A stretch of DNA of 62,177 nt, counting the filler, from Globobulimina sp. (Eukaryota), in NCBI GenBank assembly GCA_003354225.1. It is 33 parts of 33 records of this genome, joined end to end, with 100 filler letters (N's around TTAATTAATTAA, not from the genome) between each part and the next. Parts side by side here need not be neighbours in the genome. Positions count along the whole stretch, not along the records: positions 60,392 to 62,177 come from PIVH01011964.1; 32 more parts are not named here. One strand, written 5' to 3'. This document shows positions 60,392 to 62,177 of the stretch, piece by piece. The notes beneath the pieces were generated by a model. That model made no database searches, was not told where the DNA came from, and worked only from the letters and a program-made list of their open reading frames with translations. Position 1 is the first letter of the stretch. Each line of letters begins with the position of its first letter. The position numbers were made by a program, and so were the translations under genes.

Positions 60392-61818
60392 TTTAAATTC
60401 ACCAAATATATCGATTTTATCATTTGCGAATAATATAAATATTCATGGTTCAATACCAGATTTAGATATGGAATTATTAACACCATCATTTCTATTCACT
60501 GACCCAGCGGACGTCGATCATTATACAGTACCAAGCTTTATTGCCCATAATTGCGATTTATATGGTAGTATTCCCGAGAAACTAAGATTTATTAATTTAA
60601 AATATTTAACATTGCATAATAATCGTTTATCTGGAACGATACCATCACATTTTCGAAATTATAATAAAAGTGACGAAAAAGAATCTGTTGTGATATTGGG
60701 AAATCTGTTTTTTTCACGAAATCTACCAAACTGTATGTCATATACCGCTATATACACATTATACATATATCTTCATTAATAATTATGTGTACTTTGTAGG
60801 GATTGTGTCACCATTTCAAACTGCAGTGAATTTATATATATCTGGATCCAAACAGAGTCAATCTTTGTTTGTAGTTTGTATCGCATTTATTTGTGTTGCA
60901 TTTTGTGTTGGATTTATTTTATTGAAAACAAACTTATTAAAGAAATGTAATTTCGAATTCGCAGATCTCAATTACGAATTCGAAGATAAATATAGTTTTA
61001 TTGCCAATATTGATGGGATACAAAAAGAAATTACAGACTGGAAAATATTATGTATTACACTTATTATGTTGGTCTTTTATCCATTGTGTGCCAATTATTT
61101 GATGCATGTTACTCCGGATTCATTATTTAGTTTGAGTTGGTATGGGAATATGAATGATAATATGAGATTTATTAATTGGTTTTTATTATTTATAGCCATT
61201 ATATATTACACTATTTTGAGTAACATTATGCTTCGACTCCATATCCAAAACAACAAATTAAAATCATATCAAACAGATCTAACTATAGTTGATGTTGCAC
61301 TTATTGAGCAAAGAAAAAATCAAGAAACAGAAGCCACGCAAAGTAATATCCATCAATCTGAACAAAACCAACAAATTACAACCGAATATCAACAAATATC
61401 GGCTGATGTCGATGATGAAAAAAATATTTCAAATGTGGATGATGGCGATGATGAAGAAACAAATATTTTAAACGTGGATGATGGCGCTGATGAAGAAAAA
61501 AATATTAAGGATGCAACAAAACAAGTTGAACAAAAAGAAGATGTGGACATTCTTGAGGAGATTCCAAATATTATTAAGATTGAAAAAGAGTGTTGTGGTG
61601 AACGATGTGTTTCATTTTTAAAATGTATATTATGGACCAGCTTATATTTATTTTGTATTTTAGTAATTATGTTTTATGTGATATGTATATCATTGCCAGA
61701 GCACAATGTATTGGGATTCAATGAATTCACATCTTTTTTTATAGCAAGAACTATAGCGATAGTATTAGCCATCAATAATTCCTACATCGTACGATTTATG
61801 GTATATAGTTATAGTTAG
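60392..61818 (+). CDS. LRR receptor-like multi-TM protein, partial, intron near 60734-60800
   Basis: NIHGSIP, LYGSIP and LTLHNNRLSGTIP plant-type LRRs, followed by TM helices and an acidic repeat loop. Confidence 0.75.
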
Positions 61819-62177
61819 GGTAAATAGACATCGTAAATAGACATAATTTCTGCATGGATGTATACAGACTCTAACATCACACGAAGAGCACATCTGCACA
61901 ATGACACCCGGACAGGGCTGCAGGTGCACTAACGGCGTCTGAAAGCAAATGTTATCGTGTGTCCTGGCACCATTAAACACGACTGATGCTCTGCACACAG
62001 TGTTCACAGAACTGGTCATAAGCCTAGGGGAGCATGTACTAGTAGTAATGCATTTAAAGGGGAATCTACATAGAATCTGGAGAAGATCAAAGAAGGGATG
62101 TTTCCCGTGTGTAACGATTGCTTGTTAATATATTTCTCCTTACAAATGTAGGTGCGCAGAATATCAGATACGAAATG

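Noticed and set aside
61815-61820. TTAGGG as a telomere addition site
   Set aside because: It is a single internal hexamer, expected by chance.
1-62177. Multi-gene system built from ARH, RelA/SpoT-like, CYTH, EEP and SAM genes
   Set aside because: These genes sit on different, unlinked contigs. Their proximity here is an artefact of concatenation.

Overview
This window is not one locus. It is 33 unrelated contigs of about 1,786-1,789 bp, sorted by length and joined by artificial 100-bp N-TTAATTAATTAA-N linkers, so gene neighbourhood means something only within a contig. Most contigs come from an AT-rich, gene-dense protist with the standard code and short spliceosomal introns (mostly about 57-75 nt). 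Its gene repertoire (SAM, U-box, XK-like and Cys-rich families) looks foraminiferan/rhizarian to me; that is recognition, not a database result. Recognisable genes include Rab21, TRM5, an ADP-ribosylglycohydrolase, an arylsulfatase, a G3BP-like NTF2-RRM protein, a trypsin, a CE4 deacetylase with nagB, NDUFB9, nocturnin, kinases, homocysteine S-methyltransferase and a RelA/SpoT-like nucleotidyltransferase. There is also Bacteroidota DNA (an MMPL exporter and SprB repeats) and some non-coding, transposon-like DNA. The most notable items are: (1) a contig that closes on itself as a 1,668-bp circle or tandem unit, with one intronless membrane-protein gene and iteron-like repeats; (2) a long hairpin element with a GAA triloop and three regularly spaced tandem GA mismatches, suggesting a folded single-strand substrate; (3) a apparently eukaryotic RelA/SpoT-like synthetase; (4) a bacterial-type, intron-containing nagB ending in the peroxisomal signal SKL, 13 bp from a chitin-deacetylase-like gene; (5) three divergent gene pairs separated by only 45-60 bp.
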